A stretch of DNA of 64,000 nt from the human T2T-CHM13v2.0 reference genome, Homo sapiens. Each line of letters starts with the position of its first letter. Position 1 is the first letter of the stretch. The notes below the pieces were generated by a model that saw only the letters and a list, made by a program, of their open reading frames with translations, ran no database searches and had not been told where the DNA came from. Shown piece by piece: positions 53,285 to 64,000 of the stretch. The translations under genes were made by a program, and so were the position numbers. The stretch lies in assembly GCF_009914755.1 (NCBI RefSeq), contig NC_060929.1, one strand, 5' to 3'.

Positions 53285-55744
53285 AGACACATAGACCAAT
53301 CCAACAGAATGGAGAACTCTGAAGTAAGACCACACACCTACAACCACCTGGTCTTTGACAAACCTGACAAAAACAAGCAATGAGGGAAGGACTCCCTATT
53401 TAATAAATGTTGCTGGGAGAACCGGCTAGCCATATGCAAAAGATTGAAACTGGACCCCTTCCTTACTCCATATACAGTAATTAACTCAAGATGGATTAAA
53501 GACTTAAAATGTAAAACCCAAAACTACAAAAACCAGAGAAGAAAGTCTAGGAAATACCATTCAAGACATAGGCACAGCCAAATATTTCATAATGAAGATG
53601 CCAAAAGGAATTGCAATAAAAGCAAAATTTGACAAATGGGATCTAATTAAACTAAAGAGCTTCCACACAGCAAAAGAAACTATTATTAGAGTGGACAGAC
53701 AACCTACAGAATGGGAGAAAATTTTTGCAATCTATCCAACTGACAAAGGTCTAATATCCAGAGTCTACAAGAAACTTAAACAAATTTATAAGAAAAAAAC
53801 AACCCCATTAAAACATGGGCAAAGAACATGAAAAGACACTCTCAAAAGAAGACATTCACGCAGCCAACAAACATATGAAAAAAAGCTCAACATCACTGAT
53901 CATTAGAGAAATGCAAATCAAAACCACAGTGAAATACCATCTCACACCAGTCAGAATGGCAATTATTAAAAAGTAAAGAAACAACAGATGCTGGTGTGGT
54001 TCTGGAGAAAAAGAAATGCTTTTACACTGTTGGTGGGAATGTAAATTAGTTCATTCCTTGTGCAAGATAGTGTGGTGATTCCTCAAAGATCTAGAAGCAG
54101 AAATGCCATTTGACCTAGCAATCCCATTACTGGGTATATAACCAAAGGAATATAAATCATTCTATTATAAAAATACATGCACGACTATATTCATTGCAGC
54201 ACTATTCACAATAGCCAAGATATGGAATCAACTCTAATGCCCATCAGTGATAGGCTGGATAAAGAAAATGTGGTACATATACACCATGGAATACTATGCA
54301 GCCATATAAAGGAACAAGATCATATCCTTTGCAGGGAAATAGATGGAATTACAATCCATCATCCTCAGCAAACTAACCCAGGAACAGAAAACCAAACACT
54401 ACATGTTCTCACTTACAAGTGGGGGTTGAACAATGCAAACACATGGATATAGGGAGGGGAACAACACACACTGGGGTCTGTTGGGTAGGATGAGGGGTGA
54501 GAGAGCATCAGGAAGAATAGCTAATGGATGCTGGGCTTAATACCTAGGTGATGGGTTGATCTGTGCAGCAAATCACCATGGCACACGTTTACCTATGTAA
54601 CAAACCTGAACATCCTGTCCATGTACCCTGGAACTTAAAAGTTGCAAGAAGAAAAACAAACAAACAAACAAACAAACAAACAAACAGTAATGCCCACAGT
54701 CAAAGCATGGCAGGTACTTCAGCAGCCAATTTTTTTCACCCTTCAGGCATGGATTAAAGTGCCCTTTTATGGCAGTGTTCAGAGTTAGCCCGCAAACCTC
54801 AGAATCTCCTCAATATTCTTTGTTAGCCCTCAGCCTCAACTCTCAGTTCCTAGTCAAATCACTGTTGCCCAGAGTCACCTTCTTCCAACTCCGGCCAGCA
54901 GATCTTCATTTCTAACCTTACTTGCCTCTCGAATCCCTTGAACACTCCCTCTGGCCTGGCTGTACTCAGCTCTGGATGAATAAAAATGGTTTCTCAGCTC
55001 TCCCTTTTTCTAGACCTTCTATTCTGTACTCTTTTCCAAGATGGTCAGGGACCCTTAAACCTTGCCCTATACCCCCACACTTTTTAATGATTCTACCTTT
55101 TCTTATAACATCTAATTCTCTACTCTTTAGGCACCTCCTCTCAGAGCCACCTCCTGAGACCAACACTCCAAATTCAGTTGATTCATCTCAACAGGAGCGG
55201 CCAAGGAATCCTCACTCTGTACAGATATTAATCTATACTAAAGGCAATATCATCATGCTTAACCGACCAGATGAAAGTGTTCTCGATCCCCATACATTTC
55301 AGGAAGTTTACTGTAATAGAAAAAAAACTGAAGTCCAACAGAAATGAATCTCTGTGCTTGGAGACTGTCACTGACACCCCAAGTTCACGACAGTCCTTAG
55401 CCTCAGGAAAGCAAGTAATTGATTCATCTGTTGTATTTTTAACGTCTTTACCACTTGTCAATGTGCTGCTCTGTTTATAAGCTGCAAAATGTTTGGGATT
55501 AGATGTCTGCTCTTAAAATCTGCTACTTTTGGGAGGGTTTTCAGTAATACCTCAGGGTACTGTTTTGGACAATTTCAGGAATTCTCTTTGTAAGCTTATG
55601 AAGGGCCATTCTCTTAAAACGCACTGGATTGCCCCCTCTTATTTGGTACATTTTCTCTAACACAGACAAATTTGTCTCTCTCCAAGTCTCCAAGTTTAGT
55701 GCAGGCAGGAAAAATAGTATATTGTGTCTCTTGAAGATACTACT

Positions 55745-55925
55745 AAATCATCCCCTAGCATGCTATTATATATTTATTCATGTCTTGTGTTTACTGTCTG
55801 TCCAGTGACTAGCAGGTAAGTGACAAGGAGGGCAGGGATTATCTTTGGTCTCTGGTTAATCCATTCCATTGGCCTATAACAGGCCCTGGCCCAAAGTGTA
55901 AGTTCAGTAAATATTTGTTAAATTT
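55745..55925 (+). mobile_element. L2 3' end
   Basis: GAGGGCAGGGATT...CCTATAACAGGCCCTGGC...TCAGTAAATATTTGTTAAAT. Confidence 0.8.
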
Positions 55926-56782
55926 GTTAAGCAATTAATCTTCTGCTATAAAAATTTAACCTGAATGCTTTGGCACTTATTATGTTGAAACAAGATGTAC
56001 AGTTTGAATTGAGAAATACTTCATGAGCTTTGAGGGAAGAGTAAAAGGAGATCATGATCAGTCCATCCTACTCTAATGGTATGAATTACTCCGTGAGGAG
56101 CAAGAAACATGACATTTCTTGTGTTCCAAATTGAATCAAATCTGGCTCAATACCCACAGAAAAAGTTTTTTGAGAAACCCAATAAAAGCCACCTTTTGGA
56201 TTACCTCCCCTCTCATTTTCAAACAACAATTCTAGAGCTATAGAGTTCAGAAAAATGAAACAGGGGTTGTTGGTACTCTATTTTGGTTTCTGATGCTTTT
56301 GGTATATAGTAAAAGAAATGGTTCCACCCATAGTTCTTCTCCCTTCATCCCAAGTTCAGCCATGGGGACACTACTGAAGCACCCAAGATGATAGGATATA
56401 GTTTCCAGTCTATATAGGCACCACATGGCCATCACCATGTAAAATTCTTGCATCCACAAAGGCATTGCTTTCCAGTGGGATCAGATATCTATCATTAACA
56501 GAAACTACAAACCCTGATTCCTTTCCTAGTTCTCAAGTATCATCTAATATTCCAGAGTTTCTTTCATTTTCCTCTTAATTCTCTCCCTTCCCACCTCTCA
56601 AACAAATAAACAAAAAAATGTATTCATACCTGCTTTGCTATATCTCATAATGGTGTGTAATCACCTATTCTTACAGATGGACAGAACACAGACCCTAGAA
56701 ACAAAAATATTTGACTTGTCTTTAAGGAACAAATAAAAGCCAGGTTTTAGGACATTCTTGATTTAGGTGGTGAAGTAGGGAA

Positions 56783-57175
56783 TTTCAGGTAGGATTGGGT
56801 TCAGCTGCTTGTAACCAAAGCTCCAAAACAACAATGGCCTTAAGAAGACAAACATTTGTTTTATCTCCCTTAGAAGAAGTCCTGAGATAGCTCCCAGTGC
56901 TGGTATAGAGGCTCCTATCCTATATTCCACCAACTTTACCATGCCACCACATGATCCAAGATGATTGTTCATGTATTGGCCATATGCTAATAAACAGAAA
57001 GAAAAAGGGTAAAGGGTACATGACAGATATTTTTAAAAATTCCCTTGGGCAGCCATAATCTTTCATTACAGCTCACTGGCAAGTCACATAGCCAGACTAG
57101 TACAAGGGAAGATGAAAACCATAGCCTTATCCTACATGGCCATCTTGGATTTTGGGAAAGGCAACTAGCAGTCTA
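56783..57175 (-). mobile_element. MLT1 LTR
   Basis: TCAGGTAGGATTGGGTTCAGCTGCTTGTAACC...ATGGCCTTAAG. Confidence 0.65.
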
Positions 57176-57754
57176 TTCTTTGAAGGGTGAACATTCATTC
57201 TGTTCTTTCATCATAAGTTGGTAATAGTTAAAAGCAAAACTGAGATTTTTTAATAGGTCATCAAACTGTACAAAATACTAATAAGTAATCCTTTTATTCT
57301 TCCAAGTTTAAGACCCATTTCAAGTCTCAATTGCCACTTGCCCCACACTTTGGTTCAAGGTGAGAGATAATGTCATTTGTCATCAACATCTTCTCAAAAT
57401 TCTTTTGTCATCTGACTTGGTCTCAGATAGATTAATAGACATTCATGAGATATATAATAATAAAAGAATGGGATATAAGAGAAACAAAGTCTAAAATCAA
57501 GCCTAATTTGAATTCTATGAAGGTTGGGCATGAGGACAGAAGTAATAGAGTAAGTGAATCTTGTCCCCAACTCCACTCCCACCAAATTACAAGCTTGAAG
57601 AATTTGTATCATTGTTTTATACCTCCCAGAATGTTCTATATAACCAGCACTCAATTTTGCTACATTGAGTTGAAAATTGATAATAATATGAATAGACATA
57701 AGAACTTTTGTGAAAAAAAAGATGAAGAAGAATTAAAAACGCTTTCAAATTAAT

Positions 57755-57900
57755 GACATGGCAGAAAAGAGCATTGTACCAAAAGTTGGCACACCTAGGT
57801 TCTATAACTGTCTTCACTAGTTATTGCTTATTGGACCTCAGTTTCCCCATGTGGAAAATGGAGATTATTACTCCTGCCCTTATCTTTCAGATTTTAATTA
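57755..57900 (+). mobile_element. MIR SINE
   Basis: TGGACCTCAGTTTCCCCATGTGGAAAATGGAGAT. Confidence 0.75.
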
Positions 57901-58519
57901 TGAATAAATATGAATTGCAAAGTGTCATATAGGATATCACTTTTCTGTATTCTTCTTCCTAGACCTACCCAGTAAGTATGCCAGATCGAGGAACTTTTGC
58001 AACCTGGGGGGATAAGCAAAACAAAATGAAATATGGGAAGCATGTATTGAAGGAAGAACCATTCTTTAAGGCATTGGATAACCTGCTAATAAAATTCCCG
58101 GAAGCAATAAACATGACGATCAGAGCAGCAACTACAAATCACTCAAGGAAGGACCTTCCACCATAGCATCTAGGCTCCCTCTGCCATGGCTCATCTAGGT
58201 TCAAGGCCTCTGACCTGGTTCATATTATGTTTCTGCAAGTGTCATGATCATAATAATCACAATGAGCGGAGCTGTAATCAGATGTCCTTGAAAGGCCCAC
58301 AAGTCATAGGAAATAAGCACTATGACTTAAAAGGATGTTAAACTACTGTTCAATTACACCAGCCACACATATCCTATTTGAAGAATTCCATTAAATGTCT
58401 TTTGGAAAAATCACAATGTGGTTGGAATTAAAATTCAGACACTACCAATGAACCGGGGAGAGGGCCATTTTCACTCCTGTTCAGTAATTTGTGGGGATAA
58501 TAAACTTATCTCTGGCCTT

Positions 58520-59414
58520 TGAGAATATATAATAGAGAAACTGATTGAGTTTGGGGGTTTAAGGAAGTTTCCTCAGAAGAGGCACTTAACCTGAATCTGA
58601 AGAACTAAAATTCTCAAGTGAAGAGGAAGAGGAAGGGATTTCTAGACAAGAAAAACAGCATGTGCAGGGCCCTGAGGCAGGAAAGAGAAGAGCCAACTCA
58701 TGGAACTGAGAGAAGGGCAGTATGAGTGGAGCAAGAAGAGCACAGAAGAGACCAGTGCCAGACAAGGCTGGAGAGCTGGACTATCCGAGTTGGGGATCTT
58801 TGCTTGTGAGCCAAAGAAGTTAACTCTGTCTCACTCATCAAAATAAGGAGAGACTTGTTTTATTCAAATACACTAAAGAACTCAAAAAGTTGAAAGATGT
58901 TCATTGGATGTAGCACAACCAAGGTCACTGGTCATCTTACAAGTGCAGTTTTGGTGGCTCCAGAGTCAAATGGCCTGAGGGGTTATTGGGAAGTAGGGTG
59001 AAGGAGGAAGCAGGCACACACTGTGTTTGGGAAGTCTGGCTGTAACTGAGGAGATCAGAGAGAAAGCATTGGTCCAGGATATGGGTGCAGGGTCAAGGCA
59101 CACTCTTTTTAAGATTAAGAAGTCTGAAAAATAGGCCAAGCACAGTGGCTCATGCCTGTAACCCCAGCACTTTGGGGGGCCGAGGCAGGCGGATCACAAG
59201 GTCAGGAGATCGAGACCATCCTGGCTAACATGGTGAAACCCTGTCTCTACAAAAAATACAAAAAATTAGCCGGGCATGGTGGCGGGTGCCTGTAATCTCA
59301 GCTACTCGGGAGGCTGAGGTAGGAGAATGGCGTGAACTGGAGAGGCGGAGCTTGCAGTGAGCCGAGATCCCGCCACTGCACTCCAGCCTGGGCGACAGAG
59401 CGAGACTCCGTCTC

Positions 59415-59447
<33 letters not shown>

Positions 59448-59760
59448 AAAAATAGTTCAATGGCAATGAAAAAGAATGGTTGAGTAGACAAGAGAGAAAG
59501 GATAATGTTTAGCATATTCAGGAAGGAAAGGAATTTGCAGCACACCTGGAAGCATTGTTCTTAGCAATAAGGAGGAACAGCTCCTCTATGCCTCCCAAAA
59601 CGGGGAAGGAGGTACAGATGCAAGGTGAGTCCTCTGTGATGGTAGTAAACAAATGCAGTTCCCAGGTGATGGCTTCTACTTGGTTTTGAAGTAGGTCATT
59701 TTCTGAGATGAGGGAGGAGTGGGAGGTACGTAAGGAGAATTAGGAAATTTAAAGAAGTAG
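58520..59760 (-). mobile_element. L2 relic (antisense), interrupted by AluY
   Basis: AACAGCATGTGCAGGGCCCTGAGGCAGGAAAGAG; AAGGTCACTGGTCATCTT. Confidence 0.75.
59134..59440 (+). mobile_element. AluY
   Basis: GGAGATCGAGACCATCCTGGCTAAC, GAATGGCGTGAAC, GCGGAGCTTGCAG; long pure A-tail; exact TSD AAGTCTGAAAAATA. Confidence 0.96.
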
Positions 59761-59784
59761 AGAAGTTGGGGTTTTCTGTGTTGG

Positions 59785-60082
59785 TTTTTGTTTTTGTTTT
59801 TGAGACAGGGTCCTGCTCTGTCACTCAGGCTGAAGTGCAGCAGAGCCATCACAGCTCACTGCATCATTAACTTCCCAGGCTCAGGTGATCCTCCCACCTC
59901 AGTCTCCCAAGTAACCAGGACTATAGGCATGCACCACCATACCCAGCTAATTTTTGTATTTTTGGAGAGACAGTGTTTTGCCATGTTGCCCAGGCTGGTG
60001 TTGGACTCCTGGCCTCAAGCAATCCCCCAGCCCCGACCTCCCAAAGTGTTGGGATTACAGGTGTGAGCCACTGCACCCAGCC
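59785..60082 (-). mobile_element. AluJ
   Basis: GAGACAGGGTC...ATCACAGCTCACTGC...CCCAGCC. Confidence 0.92.
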
Positions 60083-61159
60083 GGGAAAGATTTTTAAAAG
60101 TCACTGTGGGAAGTGGGAGAATAAGAAACAAGAAACACAGAGATTCTAGTCAGGGTTGAGGGCACAATTAAGAGGTGTGTTTAATATTCCTGAATATTGA
60201 CTGTGAATGTGGTATCTTGTCCCAAAATATGGGCAGGAACCATCTTTGTATTCTCTGTAAACACACAGTAGATGTTTGACATATTCCCATGGTTTGTTTA
60301 TTTTCAGGCCTCCATACCAAGGACAGCTGTACCTCTCTTAACCTACTACTTGGTTTGTTATCTTAGGAACTCAGCAAGTTCTATGACATTTAAATCCATT
60401 GTTAAGAAATGTGGAGCTAAAACTGCAGCACACTATGATTCAGTGTACAGGTCTTTATGGCACATATTTGGGTGTAAGAATTACCCGGAATCCATCATAT
60501 TGATTTATTTGTATTTTCTCTTTTCTTTAATTTTATCTTTTATTATCATACCTTACTGGGCAAATATATTTTAGCGACCTTAAGTTCCTTTTGTGGAATG
60601 AAGGAAGGTCCAAATAATTAATGTCAATAATAGAACCAAAAGTGTCACCTGGAAGTTACCTTAATTTAAAAATATTGTCATTACAGACATAGATATGTAG
60701 GTATGTGTATAGAAATTGATACAGATTCTGCAACATTTGCTAAAAATTCTTGTAGAAACAAGAAGCATAAAACCTAGATCAGTTTCTACTCTGAGACACA
60801 GACAGAATCTATTTTGTAGAAAATGAATGTGTATTTATCTACTTATTGGTGTAATGTGTTCCATAAAAATGAAATATTTTTAATTTCTAATAAACCATGA
60901 GCAAGAGCAATTATACTCCAAGATAACTGTGTAAAATGATGAAAGTGGAGGATATAGAAAAGATTTCATTTCTTCAAATAGTACATTGTTACTATTTTTA
61001 AAGCTGGGAATATATTTCAAATAGTAGTCTCAACTTAATTACTTTTAAGAAAACAACTACTGTAAACTTAAGCCTCTTATATGACAACAGTTAATATTTT
61101 GAATGTACTTCACAGTAAGTAATATCAATGCTTTATTTGACTTTGATTTAAAAATATCT

Positions 61160-61340
61160 GAATGAGAAATGGCATAATGGACTATAGACTCAAATCTCCA
61201 TTCCATCTTTCTCTGCCTGTGTGACCTCATGGAAGTCCCTAACCACAGTAGATTATTATGAGAATTCAGTGAGTTAACATAGGGGAAATACTTAGAACAG
61301 AACCTGGAAAATAGGCAGCATTATAGAAGCGTTAGTTGTT
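61160..61340 (+). mobile_element. MIR SINE
   Basis: CTGTGTGACCTCATGGAAGTCCCTAACC...ACTTAGAACAGAACCTGG. Confidence 0.7.
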
Positions 61341-61904
61341 GCTGTGTTGTTGTTGTTGTTTGTCATTGTCTTCATCATCTAAAAGATGTAGAAACTGTCT
61401 TTGCTAGGGTTTTTCTCAAGTGCCACCAGAAGCTTAACAGACTAGGTAACTAATTTAGTTCTAGTGATAATGACTGAGGTTGGTGATATTGGTCTGTTGG
61501 CTTTAAGAACATCCTACTGATGTTATCATAATGAGGCAAAGGATACCTTCCTTTGTATTCAAAAGGCACACCCAAACAACTAACAATCCCAAGTTCACGT
61601 GAAGGACAGTCAGACTGGCCTGTGAGCCAGAGTGTCCTTGACATCTATTCCATTCCCCAACTGTTTCACATTCTCACCACCAGTGACACAGAAAGGTAAA
61701 GCTTGACTAGGCCTTCTTGGCCTTGGCAGTTCAGGTCTCTTCTCTGAGCAAGGAAGTGGCTTTCAAGAGCCTTCAAACCAACTTCTGGATGCCAAACTAT
61801 TCCCCCCAGCAAGGCCTTTTCCAGGCTCTCAGGAGTCATCCAGAAGTCCTTACTTCTTCTAGGCATGTTGGCCATACGTATAATTAAAAAGCAAGCAACG
61901 AACA

Positions 61905-62030
61905 AAAATTGGCATCAGACAAACCAAAGTCCTCTACTCCTCAGTTCCACCACTCAATAACCAATGACTTTTGCTATTTCCTTGCACTTTCTGAGCTTCA
62001 GTTTTCTTAGCTATAAAGTTGAAGTAATGG
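61905..62030 (+). mobile_element. MIR SINE fragment
   Basis: ACTTTCTGAGCTTCAGTTTTCTTAGCTATAAAG. Confidence 0.55.
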
Positions 62031-62910
62031 TTAGAAAAAAAATTGTTTATACCTGGCTTATCTTGTTGTGATGGTCTCAGGCAGAAACCAACCATTTCAT
62101 GTTGTCTTCTGCTTTGTGGCCCAAATCATCTTGGAAACCCTGACTCCAAGGGTTTTTCAAATGTCAAGGTGACATATTTTGGGATAGCTTATTTTAAACC
62201 TCATCATTATCTAATGAACATTTTTAAAACCCAAGGATATCTTACCAGTTCGTTTTTCTGAAATTGAGAAAGGCAAAATCAAGAAGAGCTGCTACAAGAA
62301 TATATATAAGATAATCTTATCATTGCTATAGGGCTCAACTAAATAATCCAAGCTTAAATCAGTGCTAAATTTACCTCATAGCCATGGGCAGACCAGCTTT
62401 TAGTAGATAGAGACTGACTCAAGGAATCTTAACTGTGTACACTGTTACTAGTTGAGATCCCAGTCTGTTGCAAAGAGAGTCTGACCAAATTTCAGTACAA
62501 AATCCACCTGAGAAAACCGGTATCTAAAGACTATTAGGAAGGGCACTTATAAGGGCTGGCGTAATTACACTTAATTGTAGGATGGTCTTGGTAGAGATTT
62601 CTCAGAATTTGTAAATTAGGGAGCTGCTGGAAGTGTTAGTAGTTACATTTTTAGAACATAAGTCCGTACAGAGTTACTATTAGGTCAGCTTTTCTGTGGT
62701 CTTATCTACAACATATGAGCCTGAAAAAAATCAGTGTTAAAAAAGTTTGAATATAGATCATCTGTGATGCACATCTTGTCTGGGTCTGGTGAAGTTTATC
62801 TGTTTTGCAAGTAAGGTACATTTTCAAGTTATGGTTTTGCTTTAGGTTTTCACCTCTTCTTTTGGATAAAGCATTTTTAAAAATATTTGACATTCTTGAT
62901 AGCTAGTTAT

Positions 62911-63315
62911 TGAAACTGGCCCAACTGGCCCATAGAACTGATGTTAACAGTTTTTGAATAAACATAGAAATTGACCCTCCCTGGTGTTAAAACTTGAAAC
63001 TTACATTTATCTTATTGGAGTTGCTTCCTCAGGAAACTGACCCTCAGGCAAGGAACTAAAACACCAGATCACCGTGACCAGAAAATGAGATGCCAGATCT
63101 CTAATCCATCATGACTTTATGTAGCTACATTCCTTTGCTGCTTTATAAACTCCCAATTTTAATCAGTTGAGAGAGATGGATTTGAGACTGATCGCCTCTC
63201 TCTCTAGCTGATGTCACCTGAATAAAAAGCCTTCTTCCCTGGCAATACTCATTGTTTCAGTGATTGGCTTTCTGTGCAGGAAGCAACAGGGTCCTCCCCT
63301 GGTACTTCAGTAACA
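62911..63315 (+). mobile_element. ERV1 5' LTR (LOR1-like)
   Basis: TGAAACTGGCCC...CATAGAACTGATG; TATAAA and AATAAA; ends CAGTAACA and is followed by a PBS. Confidence 0.85.
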
Positions 63316-63320
63316 GATTT

Positions 63321-63338
63321 TGGTTTCCTGACTGGGAA
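63321..63338 (+). other. Retroviral primer-binding site, tRNA-Glu type
   Basis: TGGTTTCCTGACTGGGAA versus the tRNA-Glu(CTC) 3' complement TGGTTCCCTGACCGGGAA (16/18). Confidence 0.85.
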
Positions 63339-63521
63339 TGTGTTGCTCACAGTTCACTGGCCACAGGCCAGAAGAGTTTCAGAAGACCTCCTAGGCAGCT
63401 GCCTGTCTTTGTTTTTTTGGCCAAAGGTAAGTTTCAGTCTTTCTCTCTCTGGCCCACCATTGCCAGCCCCAGCCATCATCCTGATTGCCTAGGAAGAATC
63501 ACCCTTGAAAACTGACATCTG

Positions 63522-63685
63522 GGGAGGCTGAGGCAAGAGAATTGTGTGAACCCAGGAGGCGGAGCTTGCAGTGAGCCGAGATTGCGTCACTGCACTCCAG
63601 CCTGGGTGACAGAGCAAGACTCTGTCAAAAAAAAAAAAAGAAAGAAAGGAAGGAAGGAAGAAAGAAAGAGAAAGAAAGAAAGAAA

Positions 63686-63758
<73 letters not shown>

Positions 63759-63772
63759 AAAGGAAGAAAGAA
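63522..63772 (+). mobile_element. 5'-truncated AluY-like right arm with expanded (GAAA)n tail
   Basis: GTGAACCCAGGAGGCGGAGCTTGCAG; TSD AAAACTGACATCTG / AAAATTGACGTCTG. Confidence 0.92.
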
Positions 63773-64000
63773 AAAATTGACGTCTGTCTCTGGACAGATA
63801 AGTGTCTTTTGTGGGTAGCTGACAGCAAATATGGCTCCTCTAGATTTGAGGAATCTATTTGCAGGTTGAACAAGCCTAACCAATGAAGAGAGGAAAGCTC
63901 CCTGTCTCAGTTTGGACACTCTTGAGGCTTGTTAATAATTGCTTATTTGTGTCTGTATGTGCACATCTGCATCTGGACAAGTGAGTGTCTTCTGTGAGTC

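Larger units (their letters stand above)
63316..64000 (+). mobile_element. ERV internal leader (LOR1-int-like), runs off the window
   Basis: Follows LTR and PBS; continues after the inserted Alu. Confidence 0.75.

Noticed and set aside
54922-55480. Overlapping 66-141-aa ORFs in unique sequence
   Set aside because: Some use non-ATG starts; there is no domain or splice structure; consistent with random ORFs.
62050-62870. Possible additional antisense ERV1 LTR fragments
   Set aside because: Resemblance is too weak to name a family or fix boundaries without a database search.

Overview
Primate (human-like) non-coding genomic DNA, roughly half interspersed repeats. It contains many LINE-1 pieces (a near full-length L1PB-type and an L1PA8-type element, each hosting younger L1/Alu insertions), about 15 Alus, MaLR/ERVL/ERV1 LTRs (including a complete THE1 provirus and an LOR1-type ERV with a tRNA-Glu primer-binding site), DNA transposon fossils (Tigger4/MER46, MER5A, MER69/Arthur, MER102), and MIR/L2 relics. 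There is one U7 snRNA retropseudogene at about 45.28 kb. I found no intact protein-coding gene: all recognisable ORFs are decayed L1 ORF1/ORF2, THE1-internal, Alu or low-complexity artefacts. I cannot support a new multi-gene biological system here. The most interesting observations are the U7 retrocopy with a non-U7 3' tail, a snap-back (templated inverted) repair scar in an L1, a nested inverted THE1 pair, a cluster of DUX4-motif LTRs, and several candidate enhancers and non-coding exons in unique sequence. Repeat subfamily names come from my recollection of consensus sequences and need RepeatMasker/Dfam confirmation. Boundaries of old repeats are approximate.
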